From: Octopus vulgaris
Lineage: Eukaryota
Length of the DNA: 64,000 nucleotides
Direction of reading: 5' to 3'
Assembly: GCA_951406725.2 (NCBI GenBank)
Contig: OX597816.1
Span: forward strand, 2,542,001 to 2,606,000
Part shown: piece by piece, positions 62,783 to 64,000 of the stretch
Numbering within the stretch: position 1 is the first letter of the stretch
Layout of the letters: each line of letters opens with the position of its first letter
Position numbers and translations under genes: made by a program
The notes under the pieces: model-generated
Seen by the model: only the letters and a program-made list of their open reading frames with translations
Told to the model about the DNA's origin: nothing
The model's database searches: none

Positions 62783-63979
62783 AAAATTAGGAGAGTAACA
62801 TGGTAGGGAGGAGAGAAGAATACATTGAAGCAGATCAAGTAACATTGAGCAAAGAATGTTGTGAATTACAACATATCTGGAGCCTTGCTGTACTCAAGAA
62901 GATCTGTGCACCAGAGCAGAATTGAAACCAGTGCTGGTGTCAAGAAACTTTGTAAAGTGGTTGGCATTAGGAAGGGCATCCAGCTGTGGAAACCATGCCA
63001 GGACAGATAATGGAGCCTGGTGTGGTCCCTGGTCTAACCAGTTTCTGTCAAACCATCCAACCCATGCCAACATGGAAAACAAACATTAAATGACGATGAT
63101 GATGATGGTGAGTGTTAAAACAAAAAAATAAAGTAAATATTTTCAGAGGAAAAGGTGTACAATTCAAAGGAGGTTTGGCTGTTGTTTTTAGCACATCCCA
63201 AACCACCTTCCATTTTTACTCTCACATTTACCCTTCCAGTAATTCTCAGTTAGAACCACTGTAATGCAATAGGACAAGGTTGGATATTTCACTTGGATAC
63301 AATTCATTCAAGGTTTTTCCACATAGTCCCTGTGTCTACTCAACTTCCCTGAGGACTTTCATCATCATCATCGTTTAGCGTCCGCTTTCCATGCTAGCAT
63401 GGGTTGGACGGTTCAACTGGGGTCTGTGAAGCCAGAAGGCTGCACCAGGCCCAGTCTGATCTGGCAATGTTTCTACGGCTGGATGCCCTTCCTAACGCCA
63501 ACCACTCCGTGAGTGTAGTGGGTGCTTTTTACGTGCCACCGACACAGGGGCCAGACGAGTCTGGCAAACGGCCACGATCGGATGGTGCTGTTTATGTGCC
63601 ACCGGCACGGTAAAAAAATATTTGCCTGAGAGTACCCCATTAGGATAGGTAGGATCTACCTTGATAAATTGTGATTGCAAAGTGAACTTCTTAACCTATG
63701 CTACATCCATACAAGGCATACCTACACAAGAGTGATCATGGCAGGGTTGTTAGGCCAGATATAGTTTCAGAGTTACTTATTTGGCATAACTACAGATGTG
63801 TGCCCCAACGACTTTGTTGCTTCATAACGTCCAGAAAAATGGATACTTTTTCATGAAATTTTCAACGAAGACTGCTTAGATGCTGTGAATTCAGAGTATA
63901 TAGGGATTTAGGGGAAAAAATTCCCCGAGAGGGTGGGAAGAGGAGTTTCGGAAAATTCACATAATCCAACTTTTTTTAC

Positions 63980-64000
63980 CTTTCAGGAAAATGGATATCT
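63980..64000 (-). other. SF3A2: Possible 3' end of the SF3A2 5'-UTR exon
   Basis: AAG|GTAAAA donor-like site at 63979. The first coding exon has an acceptor 15 nt before its ATG, so an upstream exon should exist. Confidence 0.3.

Overview
Repeat-rich animal genomic DNA. The SINE/RTE families point to an octopus or other coleoid cephalopod (inferred from recognised repeats, not searched). Two multi-exon genes lie in tandem on the minus strand. SF3A2 (SF3a66) has 8 coding exons at 62404->52969 and encodes 329 aa. HPS3 (BLOC-2 subunit) has 12 coding exons at 43987->631 and continues past the left edge. All exons were assembled by hand with GT-AG junctions and consistent phases. Introns and the intergenic region contain RTE LINE remnants with dozens of (CAT)n-tailed 3' fragments, tRNA-derived SINEs, CR1 and Dong/R4 fragments, two classes of Penelope-like relics, a Tc1/mariner relic, a piggyBac-type MITE and microsatellites. 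Most notable: (1) a ~310-340 bp tandem and dispersed repeat carrying type I hammerhead ribozyme motifs (retrozyme-like); (2) a Naiad-like Penelope relic with TGA at a conserved CxxC cysteine, a possible selenocysteine codon; (3) two retroelement-linked micro-duplications at SF3A2 splice sites, one of which supplies the acceptor now needed for the intact reading frame; (4) several long fold-back repeats. Most short ORFs in the supplied track are repeat-derived noise.
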